The notes under the pieces: model-generated
What the model was told of the DNA's origin: nothing
Seen by the model: only the letters and a program-made list of their open reading frames with translations
Databases searched by the model: none
NCBI GenBank assembly: GCA_003427395.1
Contig: BFEA01000027.1
Coordinates: forward strand, 2,024,015 to 2,088,014
Source of the DNA: Chara braunii
Taxonomy: Eukaryota > Plantae > Charophyceae
Direction: 5' to 3'
Length of the DNA: 64,000 nucleotides
Program-made: the position numbers and the translations under genes
Shown: positions 48,951-62,841 of the stretch, one piece after another
How the letters are laid out: every line of letters starts with the position of its first letter
Position numbering within the stretch: position 1 is the first letter of the stretch

Positions 48951-51221
48951 TCAATTTCGTTTGTGCTGCGAATTGCGAATGTATCTGTGCAAAAATCATC
49001 AGTCCTGATTCATTCATATGTTGCCTACCGTAGAGAGGAACACTTTACCTTCCTTTGGTAGCTCGACCATGAGACTGCGGGCCTCGCGATGCTACTCACA
49101 ACTATTTTTTTGGAAAGGATGCTGGACCTGGTTTCCAGCCAGTTTTCTATCTCTTCTTCTCAGGGCACTGGACCTGCTTTCCAGTCTGATACCCAAGATA
49201 GGATGCTGGACCTGTGTTTCAGCAATCCGGGTTGAATTGTGAGGTCCCAAGCAAAGTTAAAATAAAAAAGAACAAACAAAAAAAAAAAACGTACAAGCGC
49301 ATCGTCCCAAGGAAAGAAGCACAATACATCCGCTGCTATTCAGAGTAACCCGTGTATATGTCCTTTGTCTGTGGCAATATGCAGTCATTGTTTTTGTTTT
49401 CATTTTGGTATTGTGGCATAGCGGTCCGTTATTCACGGCCTCTGACACAGCTGCGGCACTAATGGCAAAGTCTATGGAAGACATCTTGGCTGGATTTGGA
49501 CGGTTTCGTCTTTAGATAGATTCGCAAGAGCTCTTCTGTGTGATATCTGGTCGGTTACCTCACAGCTGTCAGAGGGCTCTGAGAAACGTTTCTCTCCGTC
49601 CCTTACAGCTGTCTTCCCTTCTTTTCTTTTTTTTTTGGATCTTTTCTTTTCTCTTTCACAGCTCCTTCCTTTGCTTCTTGGAAAGGACCCTCCTCCAGAC
49701 CAACTTCCCGGTGGGTTCCAGATAAATGCGGCGTCTAAGCATATAATTGCCTCACAAAAAAAAAAAAAACAGGGTGAAGTATTTTGGCTTAATTTACATG
49801 GAAAAAAAGAGTAACTCATCATGAATGTGGTCCAATGCTTGCCTGGCGATAGGCTGGGCTATTTTGGCAATGTGTCTGTTTGGCCTGTGGGACCAGGCCG
49901 GGCCTTTTTTTTCTTTTTTCTTTTTTTTGTTGTTGTTGATTCGGGCCCAGTGCCCAAGGCTCAACTTACCAAAGAGGGAACTGAGGCCGGGGTCCTCACA
50001 GTCTACCTGGATAGAAACATCTGGGAGCCTTACCCAGTTTCATTTTTTACAGGACCGATCAGGACCCGAAACAACAGAAGTGCCAGAAGCAGAAGACACA
50101 TTCTAACAATCATTACTTCAACAGCTTACAGCAATACGCTAAACTACTGTAGCTACCTACAGTGCCTACACATTACAGGAAGAATCTGGCGCGCCCTAGC
50201 ATCTGTAGAGGAGCAAAGTAGTTCCTACGGGGGTTACCTAACAGTGTTCCAGGCCTATTCTCGGCCCGTCTCTGAATGAACCATGTGAAACCGCCCCTCA
50301 AGACGGGGCTAGCTCAGAACAGAGTCTTTGAGCCATAGGGCCAGCTGTAATCTCAGGTCAGGAGACACTTCAGAGAACATCTTGTCCCTCGCCCATGTAT
50401 TGCGGAACCAGCCTGTACCCTGTCCAAACTGGGAGTGGGATCTTAGCCAGTCTGCCTGTACAGTCCGTCTGATTCGGCTCAGGACCTGGCCTTTTTGTTG
50501 GTTAAAGGAAGTAGCCTCCTTTCTGAAGAATACATTATTTGGAGTTGCCCAAATTACTTCCATAATGATACCCCAGATGGAGAGTGCTACGAGCCACAAC
50601 CTGAGTTCAGGCATAGCCTGTGGTCGCACTGGGAGAATAAGATCCATTCGTCAGTCCAGGGGACTGAGTCTTGTACAAAACGGTCCCATTGGGATCTCGG
50701 ACACCGCCAGATAAGGTCTGAAGAGGGACAGCGTAACCATAGGTGTTCCGCTGTTTCCCAGCCCCATCTGCGTCGGGAGCAGATCTCTGAGACCTTCATT
50801 CTTCGGGAGTTAAGCCAGCAGGCTGATGCTGTTACAATCAATGACTGAAGCCACATGATGCTTGCTTGCTTCTGGGAGGCTGTCGTACAGTCTGAGAGAG
50901 CTTCCCATAGCTTGACAAGGTCCACATTTTGTAGTTGAAGATGGTGCAGGTCTTGGAGGCGCTTGGTTGACAGAGCAATCGGCTGCTTCCGCACTTTACC
51001 ACGCAGTTGACTTCCTCCCACCTTTGGCTTATAATGGATTAATGGGACCATTTCATGACTTCCACCTCTTCAGCCACCACCACCGGTGCCTGTTTGTCTG
51101 ATGCAGAGTTGACCCAGACTCTGATTTCTCTTTGAACTCTCGAGTGGAGGGTAGCACTCTCTCTGCAGTCTTGTGTAGGGAGTGATGCCTTCCTTGTTTC
51201 TCTTTTTCGCCCAGATCTGTA

Positions 51222-51227
51222 TCTTCT

Positions 51228-51272
<45 letters not shown>

Positions 51273-51540
51273 TTCGCATGTGGGAAAACCTACTTAACGA
51301 GGTGATAAGAACAGCCCCGGTAAGTAGGCCCCTGCGGCGAAGGCTCCATCTATTGGTGGGGAGCTGCACCTGCTGGTAATCGGGTCCAGCGTCCCTGTAC
51401 TAGATATGATGTGTATCAGCTGGAAATCGGGTCCAGCGTCCCTAATCAGTGATATGAGGAAATATCATTCTACCGTGATACGAAGCCCTAACACTGATGT
51501 GATGTGTACGAGCTGGAATTCAGGACCAGCCTCCCTATTA
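51222..51540 (-). mobile_element. LINE 3' tail insertion with long polyA and three hairpin copies
   Basis: T-run to 51269; motif at 51341-51395 plus partial copies at 51417-51443 and 51511-51536. Confidence 0.8.
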
Positions 51541-53005
51541 TGTGTTCGCACCTACATCTCAGAACAGAGCCGAGGCATTGATTATCTTCATCTTCACTCC
51601 TTGAGAAAGTTCCGGGCCCAGAACTTGTCAGACTTGTGAGTCTAAGTCCAGTGACTTTAGCCAGGTCCCTCGTGCATGGTCCGCGCCATCCAATAGGATG
51701 GGACAGCCTGTTTGAGTTTTTTGAACTGCTCTTCCACAAGGCGAAGCCTGCCCAACTTATTGTGTAGAACCGGAGCGGGGATCCAATAGCTTTTTCTCAA
51801 TCCCGTATATCCTGTATCTGAGCAACACCTTTCTCCACCCAGGCTTTACGAAAGGAGCTCGGGCTGCTGTTAGCCATAAACTGAGTACCATCCGGCTGTT
51901 TGATGTGTGGGTTCTCAAACATGATCTGTTTGAGGACCTTCTCTCTTGTGTTGGGCTGCAGATACATGTCCGGGAACAGTTTGCCCCAAGCCGACAGCAT
52001 ACTCTTCCAAAATTTGGATTTTGGTCTTCTCTGCACAAAGGACGGGATCAGAAAACAGACAAATACCAGCTTTGGCTTGGAGATGGCCCATTCCTTCGCC
52101 AAGATGTACTGGGCCAGCCGCTTCCACGGCTTGGATTTGGGCCCAAAGATTGCCGCCACTACCCACTTGATAAGCAGGGCCAGGTTCTGATGTGCTGGGT
52201 CGAGGACACCTAGGCCTCCCTCAGACCTTGGGAGGGCTATTGTCTCCCAGGCTACTTTCGTGATGTAGCCTTGATTCTCTGATGCCGACGGTTTCCACAG
52301 GTATCATGCCGCTGCTGACTTTATTTTTGAGTACGCCTTGTCCCCCACTGTATGCACGGACAATGGGAACCAGAGGATTGAGAGGGCAGCTGAGGACAAG
52401 ACCAGAGCTCGGAGAAAGAGGGAGAGTCGGTAGTTTCTCATCCAACGTGCAATCCTCGTCAACACCTGATCCGCCAAAATTGAGTCTTGGACTGCTGAGC
52501 AGTCGCCCAATGAGACTTGTACGCCCAGGAACCTGTCTGATGAGTCAGACGGGCCCCTCTTTAAGCCCCAATCCACGCAGAGTTCATATTGGGGACGAAG
52601 AAAGTAAGCCGACTTGCTCCAATTTATTGATGCCTCAGATAACTCACTGTATTTATCCATAGTAGATCTTAGCTCTTCTGAGTCCTGGGTGGAGTTTGTA
52701 ACTGCTACAGTAAGGTCATCGGCTAAAGCGCCTCCCTTCCACTATAGCGTGGGGGCCAGTGAGAGTCTTTGGATATGGGGATTGCGTGTAATATTTATCT
52801 AAGAGTACTTCTAATCGCAGGACAAATAGTAGAGGGGCTAGCAGACAGCCCTGTCTCAAGGAAGGGGTAAGTAGAAATTCTTCCGATTGTTTACCGTTGA
52901 CAACCACTACTAAGGAGGCCTGGTCATGGCCCGAACACTCCGGCAGAACGTGTCACCATAACCCATTCTTTTGAGGGTATTGAGAACAAAGCCCCATCTT
53001 ACCTT

Positions 53006-54030
53006 TTTTTTTTTTTTTTTTTTTTTTTTGATGGGAACAAGGCTCCAATCTATTCGTGGGGGGCAGCACGTGCTGGGAACCGGGCCTAGCGTCCCATATG
53101 GAATTTTTTACGTAGGAGTTTTGAAAATTTGAGATATTTGAGATACCGGGGCCATTACCCGGCTTTGGCTAGGAAAAATTCAAATTACTTAGCAAATTAC
53201 TACGACGAACTTCAGGAATAAGCAAAGTTCAGAAAACGACTCAGAAACCCTCCATCAATCCTCTTTACCTCACTCCGGCAAGACTTACTGCAGCAGAGCC
53301 ACCATCTCCACTGCTGCTGTACCCTATTTCCGTCCTACAGGCTAGCCCCCTCACTAGTAGGACGCTTGATATCCAACCATCTACTTCTCCATGCAGAGGG
53401 CCCTTTCGTTTTTAGAAGAGCATTCAGATCGAGAAATACCTGGCTTAGAGCCTTTCAGCAGCCCACCCCTACCTGCCTCATCCTATATCCCGATACTTAG
53501 CTTCTACTAGGCCTCACGCCCCCAGCTGGTAGGTTACAGAGTGACACAGCCCACCCCAGAAAACTCCCCCCTACTAGGCTACAGGGCAAAACGACCCGCC
53601 CCGGCTCCGACCAGCATCGTCTGAGTACCAGCTTACCAAAGGACACTAGAGTGTCTTTCGCCCTCGACAACTCCCCAGATCTCTCTATCAGGTCTCTTGC
53701 CCTCGTATAGCTCGAGTTACAGGGCAGAGCGACCAAGCCCCAGCATCGACCAGCGTCGTTCTGGCCTCGTCCATTCGCAAGCACACGGGCCACGGCGACC
53801 CAAGACTACAGCAAATACCAGACAAGCCACCAATCAACAACATAACTGTAGATCCGATCACTCAGCTCCTTCGGGCGCTGGTTGCAGATATCCCACATAA
53901 AATCCCTCACAACCCTACTCCGGCAAGTCATACTGCGATGAAGTCACCATCTTCACCGCAGTTGTACCCTATTTCCACCCTGTATGTTAGCCCCATGGCC
54001 GCAAAGCGCATTATCCCCCACCATCGCAAC
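53006..54030 (-). mobile_element. Nested LINE 3' fragment with TSD-like flanks
   Basis: T-run plus tail motif (53040-53095); flanked by CCCATC(T/C)TACCTT near-duplicates (~52993 and ~54031); internal duplication 53270-53350 / 53914-53995. Confidence 0.7.
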
Positions 54031-57000
54031 CCATCCTACCTTATCGTATGCTTTCTCCTTATCTAGTAGTAGAATCGCTACTTCCCATTTTCCCCTCCAA
54101 TGACCTATAGAGCTTGGGTTGTCGCTAATATGTTTTCAAAAATCGGCCGTCCCTTGATAAACCCGCCTTGCTCCCACCCAATTAAACCGGGAAGTAGGGT
54201 CACGGTAGCAAGGCGGAACGCAAAGGTTTTTGCAAACAGTTTGGACATTATGTTAAGAACAGATATGGGGCGTCAGTTGCGCACATATCTTTTATCCCCC
54301 TTTCTGTAAAGAAAGGATATGGCCCCCTTGTCAAAGTTTTTGGGGAAAACCCTTATTACTCTTATGTGATTGTATATTTCGCATATAAAGGGCTCAAAAG
54401 TATTCCACGCGGCCAAGAAAAGTTATATTGGGAGGCCATCCAGGCCTGGGCATTTGCCCACGGTCATCTGTTTGGCTGCCTAATAGAGTTATGGGTTTGT
54501 GAATGGTCCATCCAAGTGCTGATGAAAGCAACTGTTTGTTAGAGAACATAAAAAATCTGAAAATTCGGAGAGGTCCGAGTCAGGTGAGTCAAAGGGACGC
54601 CTTGTGGTGACTATGTCTTTGAAGTAATCATGGGCATAGGTACACAAGGTCTGCTTGTCTGCAGCTACCAAGGCGTTGAGTGCGAAGAGGTGGGAGAATT
54701 CACGAATTAAAGGCCTAACTTGTTTTAAGATAATAGATCTTAATGTTAATGTAATCATGCGGTGGTATCCTACTACTCCACGAATCTTCAGCCAGTCCAG
54801 CCAATTGGCTTGCTTCCAATTTTCTAACTTTTCTAATTGGAGGAGAGCGTCCTTTATTTTTTCAAACCAATAATAATCTTCAAATAAGAAAAAAAAAAAA
54901 AAAAAAAAAAGATTCACACTCATATTTGCATCAGACTCTTGGACGAGTTTAACCAGGGTTTTCTCTTTCCATGTTCTGTTTACTGCTTTCATTTGGGAAA
55001 ATCCCTTAAAACTGGCTTGGATTATATTAATTTCAAATTCGGTCCATGTGACCAGTTCTGGAAAGAGATCTTTGGCTTCACCCCAACGAGTCATTTGAGA
55101 GTTGACCCAATTTATTAGACCCTGATCCTTCAGGATGTTAACATTTAGTCTGAAGGGGGGTCTGAAACGGACAACCTGTTCCTTTGAGATAATGTTCATC
55201 GTTACAGGGAGTTCATCTGACATCGAGGATACCATAATATCTACACTCATACACTGATCTCAAGGCGTGGCCCCTGCTTAAGAAGAAGTCCAATCTTCGA
55301 TAGGGAATGGGGGCACGGGGTGCCGGTCTTGGTCCCTGCCACGTGTATCCATGGTCTGTGGGGTTAAAGATTTTAAATGCGTCATTGAGGGTTTGCGCCA
55401 TTGTGAATGTAGAGAGTGCTAATATGTCTGCTCTCAGGGGTCTAAGATCGGGGGAGTCTAGTCCCGGATTAAAAATTTGTATTCCAATCGCCTGCCATAA
55501 TCAGGTTCTCAGTATCCAACAGGTAATTGAGTAGGGTCTCGAAAAAAATAACTCTGTCTTGGTATTTAACTGAACTAGTCTTCGTCATCCATTGAGAACT
55601 TTATCTGGGCCGTCTGTGCCAGAGCATTGGCTAATGATTATAACGTCTAAATCCTTGTTGATTAGAATAGCTACCCCGCCCTTGGAGCCCACTTCGGGGG
55701 ACCACACTTGGTTACTATCCCATTAATTTTGAAGATTATTTATTTTATCTTCGCACAATTTGGTCTCTTGAAGGCATGTGATATGAATGTTGTGTGAATG
55801 GATAAAGGAGCGCAATTCGCTCTTCTTGTTCCTCTTCACCATATCACCTAGTCCACGTGTGTTCCAAGTTAATAATCTAACGTGGTTTGGAAGGACTATT
55901 GTTTGGGTCGTTATCTCTTGCTTTTTTGACGCGGATAACTGTGTCCTTCTTGACCTTGAGTATCTTGTTTTTTGTCTCTCTATGCACGCAGACTGTTTGC
56001 GAAACGATCAGGAAAAAGGATGTCTCTTGTGTTGCCCTGCTTCAGCCATTCGATTATCTGCAGGGTTGGACAACCAGTTGTGACTCCAATATCAAGAAGG
56101 GAGTCTATCACGGTGTCTAGCAGATGGGCCAACGACAGCCAATGGATGCGTTGGGGCCGCCATAATTTTGTATCTTGTTTGAATTCCAGTACAGATAGAA
56201 AGGCCGCATGTCAGATGACTCTTTCCCCATTAGTACCAGTAGGGAGGATTCTGCCTTTTCACGGCTCTGCGAGGAGGAAGTTGGAACCCGCCCCTTGATC
56301 TGGGTTGCTGATGAGGAGGTTGTTACCGGGTGAGCTGGCAAGCACCGGGATTCGTCGTCTGTCATTTATGTTAGAACCATCGCCCCTTGAAGGGTATGGA
56401 CACAAACCAGAGGAATGATGTACTCTTGAATTTGACCTTTAAGCTTTTCGACTCTTGTGAAAGTGGACATCGATGGAACGAACAATGCTTGCCTCGCATT
56501 TTTGGAAGAGACCTTCTTTCTCCTATGAGTCGAACGGGTCAGACTCGGTGAGTGCGTGCGACAAGTTTCGTCGATTTTATCATTATTGAGTTTCACTCTC
56601 GTCTTTTTTTCAGGGTTGCGTAGACTCCTTTAGAAGATTGACCTTTATCGTTGTTCGTGGTGCACGAATCAGGGACCGAATCCGATCCTTTGGATTTTAT
56701 TTCCTCTTTATCGGATGTATGTTGGCCGTCTCTGGAATCCACAAAATGCTCCTAAGAGGAGGGAGTCTGTGTTTTTCGGGGTGTGGCCATGATTGTCTCG
56801 TGATGAGGCTCTTTGCCCGCCTCCTCGGGGAAGGATGTGGCATAAGCCACAGTCGAATAGGAAGAAGTAAATTTCGAAGTGGCTTTCGCCCCATTCTCCA
56901 CCAGGGAGGGTCGTGTGCTTAGGATCAGGATGAGAGAGTTTCATCAACGCCTCTACATCACTTACTATATCGTCGTCTCACAACATTGCTACATCCTTTC

Positions 57001-58078
57001 CTATTTCCTCATCTTTATCCTTTTGCTCTCAATCCGAATAGGAATGATACTCATAAGGGTGTTGTGTGTTGCTTGCTCAAACAAAGGCAAAACTTTAACC
57101 GATGTTGTAGTGTATGTGTCACGCAACGAATTGATATTAAGAAAGAGAGGGATGACCTTAACTACAAACAAACGTGCTGGCAACAAAAACGATATAATAT
57201 TAGCTAGTAAGGTAGAAGATATCAATAATTGGCGCGAGGTGGAAAAAAAAGCAACACGTATCTGTAAAGCTATAGGGAAATATTTATTAGCGTCGCCAGA
57301 CGTTGTGCGAATAAAATAATAACGATGTTCGCAGACAAAAAAACTGTCCAAAAACTGCATCGCCTGGTATTTGGGTCAACCATGGACGTGTTGCGTGCCT
57401 CAAGTTCCTTGAGATGTCTCGCCTTATATTAGCCGCCAATTTTTATTTTTTTTAACTTGCACTATTGGTCACGTGCACCTGGATGCAGTAGTTGCTATGA
57501 ACGGAGCAATTGGACGCTATACAGAGTATGTTCATAGTTGTGTAATTTGTAAAATTCTATAACATATAACAGACATGTTGGTTTAAAATATTCATAATCT
57601 AATCCGATGAAACTCGTGAATTATGTTCGTCTACACGCTCTACTTGCATGATGGAAATCGGTCAAAGCAGCTCACATGGAAACAGATCCTCTCATCACAC
57701 CCCGTCAACAATTGAGGAGGAAACAAATTATCTTATCACACCCCATCAACAATTGAGGATATGATAATTTTAGGCAAAAACATCTAGACGATTGGGATAA
57801 TCGATGAATTTTTACATTATGAGCACATAAATGTTGAAAATAAAGTTTTGACCGCATGAAGAAGTTTTGTCGATAATGAGTTTTGTTAACGGGCAATAGA
57901 CGATCTTGTGCGATATTGTATCACATGTATGATACTTGTACGCAATGGAGGAAGAGGTTGACATCTCAGTATCGAGGAAAGACGTTGTTGGCCCTCTAGA
58001 GATGTTAGTGAATTGGAGGGAGGTATGTCTGAAATAGGATTAAGACGCAAATGACAAAAAAAAACAAAAAGTGTGCAC

Positions 58079-58591
58079 ATGGCATTTCATTGGTAGGAGA
58101 GAATTTCTCTCACCGGTGATGTTATACTATTATAGTCGAATGCGAGTATACAATAGAGACAAGACATAGTGACAATTTTTACAACAGTGAAGGTCACTGA
58201 CACAAAAATGAATGTGTTGTTCAATGCAAGAGAAGAATTATGAGACCCCGCAGGTTCGAACAAACTCGAAAAATTCCACAATCGGTTAGAAATTCATGCG
58301 GCACTTAGAAAAAAGTTAGTGTACATGGTTGATAGCTCGGTGCATGTTCAACTTCACTATCTTTTTTATAACTGTAAGAAAATAGTATTCACAATCGAAC
58401 ACATAAAATACGACACGGATGAAGTGATCCGTACTGAGCAGTATCATCCGTCGGGACAAAAAAAAGTATCGTTCGTGGGTGACAAACAAAATATAGTTGT
58501 AGATTATCCATACTCTGAAGACGGGAAACATATAAGGAATTCTGAAGCACTTATATTCAATGCATGGAATGAAGACCATAAGGTAGCATAG
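58079..58591 (+). pseudogene. Decayed unknown ORF (~170 codons)
   Basis: In-frame upstream extension of track ORF 58319..58591 through several stops. Confidence 0.4.
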
Positions 58592-59003
58592 CACATAAAA
58601 CATTGAAAGGATATATATTCAACAATTGATGAGCTTCATCGATGACATGGGTTGCTCAAATGCTTACTCAGAATACACACGTGCAAGGGGAATAAAACAA
58701 TGATATTTTATACCGGTTGAAGTTATGAAAAATGAAAGTTAAAAAACACATGAATTTTTAAAGTGCGAAATAAGTCCAATGTGAGGTTATAATGAAGGAG
58801 ACAACGATCATGAACAGAATATTGTGTGTTGAATGTAATAACGTTTTTGAGGTTTCAAGAATTCATTTTTTTTATTTTTTTTTTGCGTGTTGTGCAAATA
58901 TCAATTTTGAAAAATCAATCTCATTTTGAATTTTCACGCTCGATGTTAGCATGTACGAGTGGGTGAATCAACATAGTTTGTTTTTGTACCTTATAAACCA
59001 ATG

Positions 59004-59345
59004 ATGAATGTCACTCCCGTTGCAGTGTCAGCAGGGGCAGCGATTACCACAACCGGAGGAGCATTTCCATACAAATACGAGTCAATAGTGATATGTGAAC
59101 TGCGTGGATGCAATTTGTTTGTAGTTGTCGTAAAGTTTATGAATATCGACATATATGACGTGCACATTTATAGATGACAGAGACAAATGAGACAAGAGAA
59201 CGATTACGCAGAATGTCATCAAACAACTTTGCAAGCCCACGAAGAAAAAAAAACAGCACTGAAGCGAGAGGGCAGAAGACTTGAAGGATGGTCGACTTTC
59301 ACAACTGAGTTTCAGAGCATGTTTGTTCCACCTATCCCGAGGTGA
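59004..59345 (+). pseudogene. Family alpha homolog (related to Gypsy accessory ORF C)
   Basis: ITTTGGAFPYKYESIVICELRGCNLFVVVVKFMNIDIYDVHIY aligns with ORF C ITSGGAFPYKIES...VLVVKHLDTGEYDIRPY. Confidence 0.75.
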
Positions 59346-61036
59346 ATGTTAGAGGGCTCACACAAAGCGACCATGTGGATTCCCATCATGAATGTAGTCA
59401 ATCAGATTCATGGGTAATGGGAAAGCAGGGTAATGTTAAGTGGTGGACGAGGAGTCATGTTGAAATACATTGTATATTGTATAGCAATATGAAACAATTT
59501 TAAGTTTTGTACTTATATACACTGTATTTATTGTAACAAACTCGTAGAAATATGACCAAGATTCACCATTTCACAAGAAAGACAAAAAGGTAAAAAACAA
59601 AACGGTGTGCATTTACATGTATGAAAAGGGTTGGCATCGAATGTATGCAGCTATTTATAGGCATAGAGACATATTATTTTTTGTTTTTTTTTTACGACGA
59701 TGATTGAAAAAAAGGTACATCGAGATACTTTTTTGTATTAGGCATATGATTATATGCCCAAATGATGTTGTTTTTATAATATATTACAAAAACTTGCTGT
59801 GAATTAAGCGAATAATAAATCCACGGTGCTTTTCTTATACATTGTCCCACAAATTTCGACAATATAGTATAAAAATTTGTTAAATTTAAAAAAAAAAAAA
59901 AATCATCAAATATGAACATACGTGCACTTGAAAAACAAAACCCCATAGCAAAAGCATAGATTACAAGCGAATGTCGAGTCAGTTTCATTATATTTCCCGG
60001 TAAATTCAATGAATGGTATCATATAAATAATGTGATAGTTAAATTGCTTGAGAACGGAAAAAGTTTAAAAAAAAACACTTTCAAATTTCAATTTCGTTCA
60101 AAAAATAAAAAATGTCCGTTGTGACGAAATCGTTGTTGAGTCAGAACGCACATCATCAGTTAGACTATATTCGGAGTCGGAAGTAGATTCCATAACCGCA
60201 TATGATTCGTCTACATCTAAATTGTCCAGGGGAACTCCATCCTCGGCTCTCTCGGGTTGATCCTTCTGATTATGGTCGACTGGAGGTCCCAAATGAGAAG
60301 GGGTGGGGAACTCGTCTTCCCTTTATCGCCCAGGCCATCCGCCGTGTGTTGTTCGGAAGGTTTCTCATGGGGGTGCTTAGGGGGGGTTTTAGGAAACTTT
60401 TAAAGGGATTTTTCAGAGGGGGGTTTGAGGGGTCTTCTTCGAGGATTTTTCTGAGGGTTCCGATGGACTAGGAGCTTTAGGTGGGGAGTCTCTTTTTTCT
60501 TTGTTTTTGTCGTTCGAAGGTTTGTCTTGGGGTTCGATTTAACAGCTTTAGTGTATGATCTCTTCTTTTTGAGTCATTCCTCATCCTCTTTTGAATGAAA
60601 GTGACGACGACATACCTGACACCACAGGGTTGTTGCACAAACAACCTCAATCGCAACCTCTGCACGGGGGCCCAGGTCTACCAACAGGTAGCGCTTGTAT
60701 TTGAGCCTTGCCGCTGACTCGAGGTCAAAGCGCACATTCATGAGATGGGGGCACTTCCTATCTGAATAGGCAGGATACTTCTTAATTAACGTTGTCCCAT
60801 ATGTATCCTCGATTATGCCCAGGATAGGGGCTAGGGCTGCAATTTGTCCCTGGAGCAGATTTGTCCGGAAGAATTCCTTCCGTATAATATTGGCTTAGGA
60901 TGCCTCCAACTCGCTGTTTTCTTCCTCTGTTATAGAGGAGGATGTCTGTGAAGCCATGGTACATCAACCTTTGTGACCTACTAGGATGTAACTCCTATAT
61001 AAGCTACCGAAATCCAATACCATAATATTTTAACTA

Positions 61037-62761
61037 TGTGACACCCAACCTCACGCCTGGCGCGACTTCCTGTTCGGAGTGTGAGTGGGTCTGGAAGTGC
61101 GAAAAAGGGGTGTGCCAAGGATTTTTGGGAAAGTGGGGATGGAGTCTCAGGCCGGAACTGAGATCTTCTGTGGCAGGTTTCAGAGATAGGAATGCAAGAG
61201 GATGGGGGCGGGTCGAAGTCTGTTCCTATGCTTCTGAGAGTGGGTTTACCACCTCTGCTGGTTCCGTCGTCTAGGTTAGACTCGTATTTGGTGCACGGGC
61301 GGGACGCTATGGCTATCGCGCTGTCTGACCACTTGTTAGCGTCGTGCATCGCTGGTCTCAGAATCCGACGCGGCTGGCCTTAGCCGAAGGCTGTGCGCCC
61401 GTCGTTCTTCGTCTGAGCGAGTTCGTTGGATGAAACCGGAGGCTCGGTACTCGCGGTTTTGTGAGCACTCCGAGCACAGGGGTTGGGGCCAATAAGGGGC
61501 AATTGCGTGTCAGGGGATGACGACCAGCTAAGGGAAGGGCAATATGCGGTGGTAGGGAGGGAAGTCGGTTTCCAAAATAATTACTCCCGGTTCTACGATA
61601 AGGTGACACGCGTATGAGCTGGGAAAATTTCGGGTGGTGGGGTATGCCCTCTCAAAGCTCAGTCGATGTCCAACTTGCAGATACACTCGTTTCCCACCGG
61701 GTATGGAAATTCAGGAAGTTCTCCCCTCGGTCGTGCAGACAGAGGCACGTGCTCCACTGCTCCCAATACTCCCGGAATTCTGGATCCCTCAGACACTCGC
61801 GGTCAGTAATGCGAAAAGGGAGTTCAATATTCATGTTGTGGGGTGAGGTGAAAGCTCGGTAATTCAAAAAGTTGGGCCGAGCACAGGCGTTGTAGACACG
61901 CGTGTAGGCCACATTCTTCTGATCGAGCTTACACGTGCGCGCACAAGGCTTGCCCTTCGGTCCGATGAACAAGGACCAGTGACCCGCGTCTCATACGCGC
62001 TGGCTCGTTAACCGAGGGTGGATAGTCCTATCGGGAGGCAGACATCTAATCATCTAGTAGGCTTAGGTAATTTCGACAGAAAAATACCCATCGTCCACTC
62101 GTCCAGTTTCATGCATTCGTAAACAAAAAGAAGGTGACAATCGTTCATGCCTCGAGATCGTACAAAACTCTATTGTAGGCAATTAACCGATCAATGCGGT
62201 CCATCCATATAGAGGGAAGAACAAAGAGAGAGAAACAATCATGCACCAATCAGTAGAGACAAACAAAGAAAGGATCCAAGATGCCGATCAAAGGGGGCAA
62301 GGGCGGTTTGCGCCAAATACCAAAATTGTTCAGAGGGATAGAAGAGGATTGCCACAACATCATCCTACAGTGAGACGGTCATCTAATAATCTATCAAACC
62401 TATCCTATATATGCAGAACCACGCCCATCATCCATGCATCAAGGTTCATGCAATGCCTCCTTGGACCATCGGTTCGACACCACCCAAGGTCCAATCATCG
62501 TGGATCGATCAATTAGATCCATCAATCTAAGGGGTCAGAGAAGGGGAGGGGGAAGAAGACAACCATTTCTCAGCACCCAAGGAGAGCAAATGAAAACATA
62601 CACGTCAACAAAACAGAGCATATGGCAAGTCCGAACAACGAATGCCGATCCCGAAGGGAAAAAGCGGGGCGACTCGCGCCGAATACCAAAATTGCTAAGA
62701 AGCAAGGAAGAATAATAAAAAATGGCTTAGAGGGATAAAAAAAAAAGCTCGTCACACACTT

Positions 62762-62841
<80 letters not shown>

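Larger units (their letters stand above)
57055..60150 (+). mobile_element. Unclassified AT-rich insertion with decayed plus-strand ORFs
   Basis: Abrupt AT-rich block; removing it restores L1 ORF1 (…SLTDD|EYHSYSD…); possible 3-bp TSD CAT; no TIRs recognised. Confidence 0.7.
49905..61036 (-). mobile_element. Decayed L1/Tx1-like LINE (second family), interrupted by three insertions
   Basis: ORF1 knuckle WCQVCRRHFH (~60595-60625); acidic ORF1 joins across 57055-60150; EN TWNTRGL/CLQETKL (55750-55880); RT DKEKAYD (~54050), RQGCLL, LADD (~52715), GGLG; ETAEHLWLRC; type-2 tail and T-run 49905-50010. Confidence 0.82.

Noticed and set aside
58319-58400. Similarity to the N-terminus of accessory ORF A
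   Set aside because: Only 6 of 27 identities, and the segment is internal to a longer decayed frame; likely chance.
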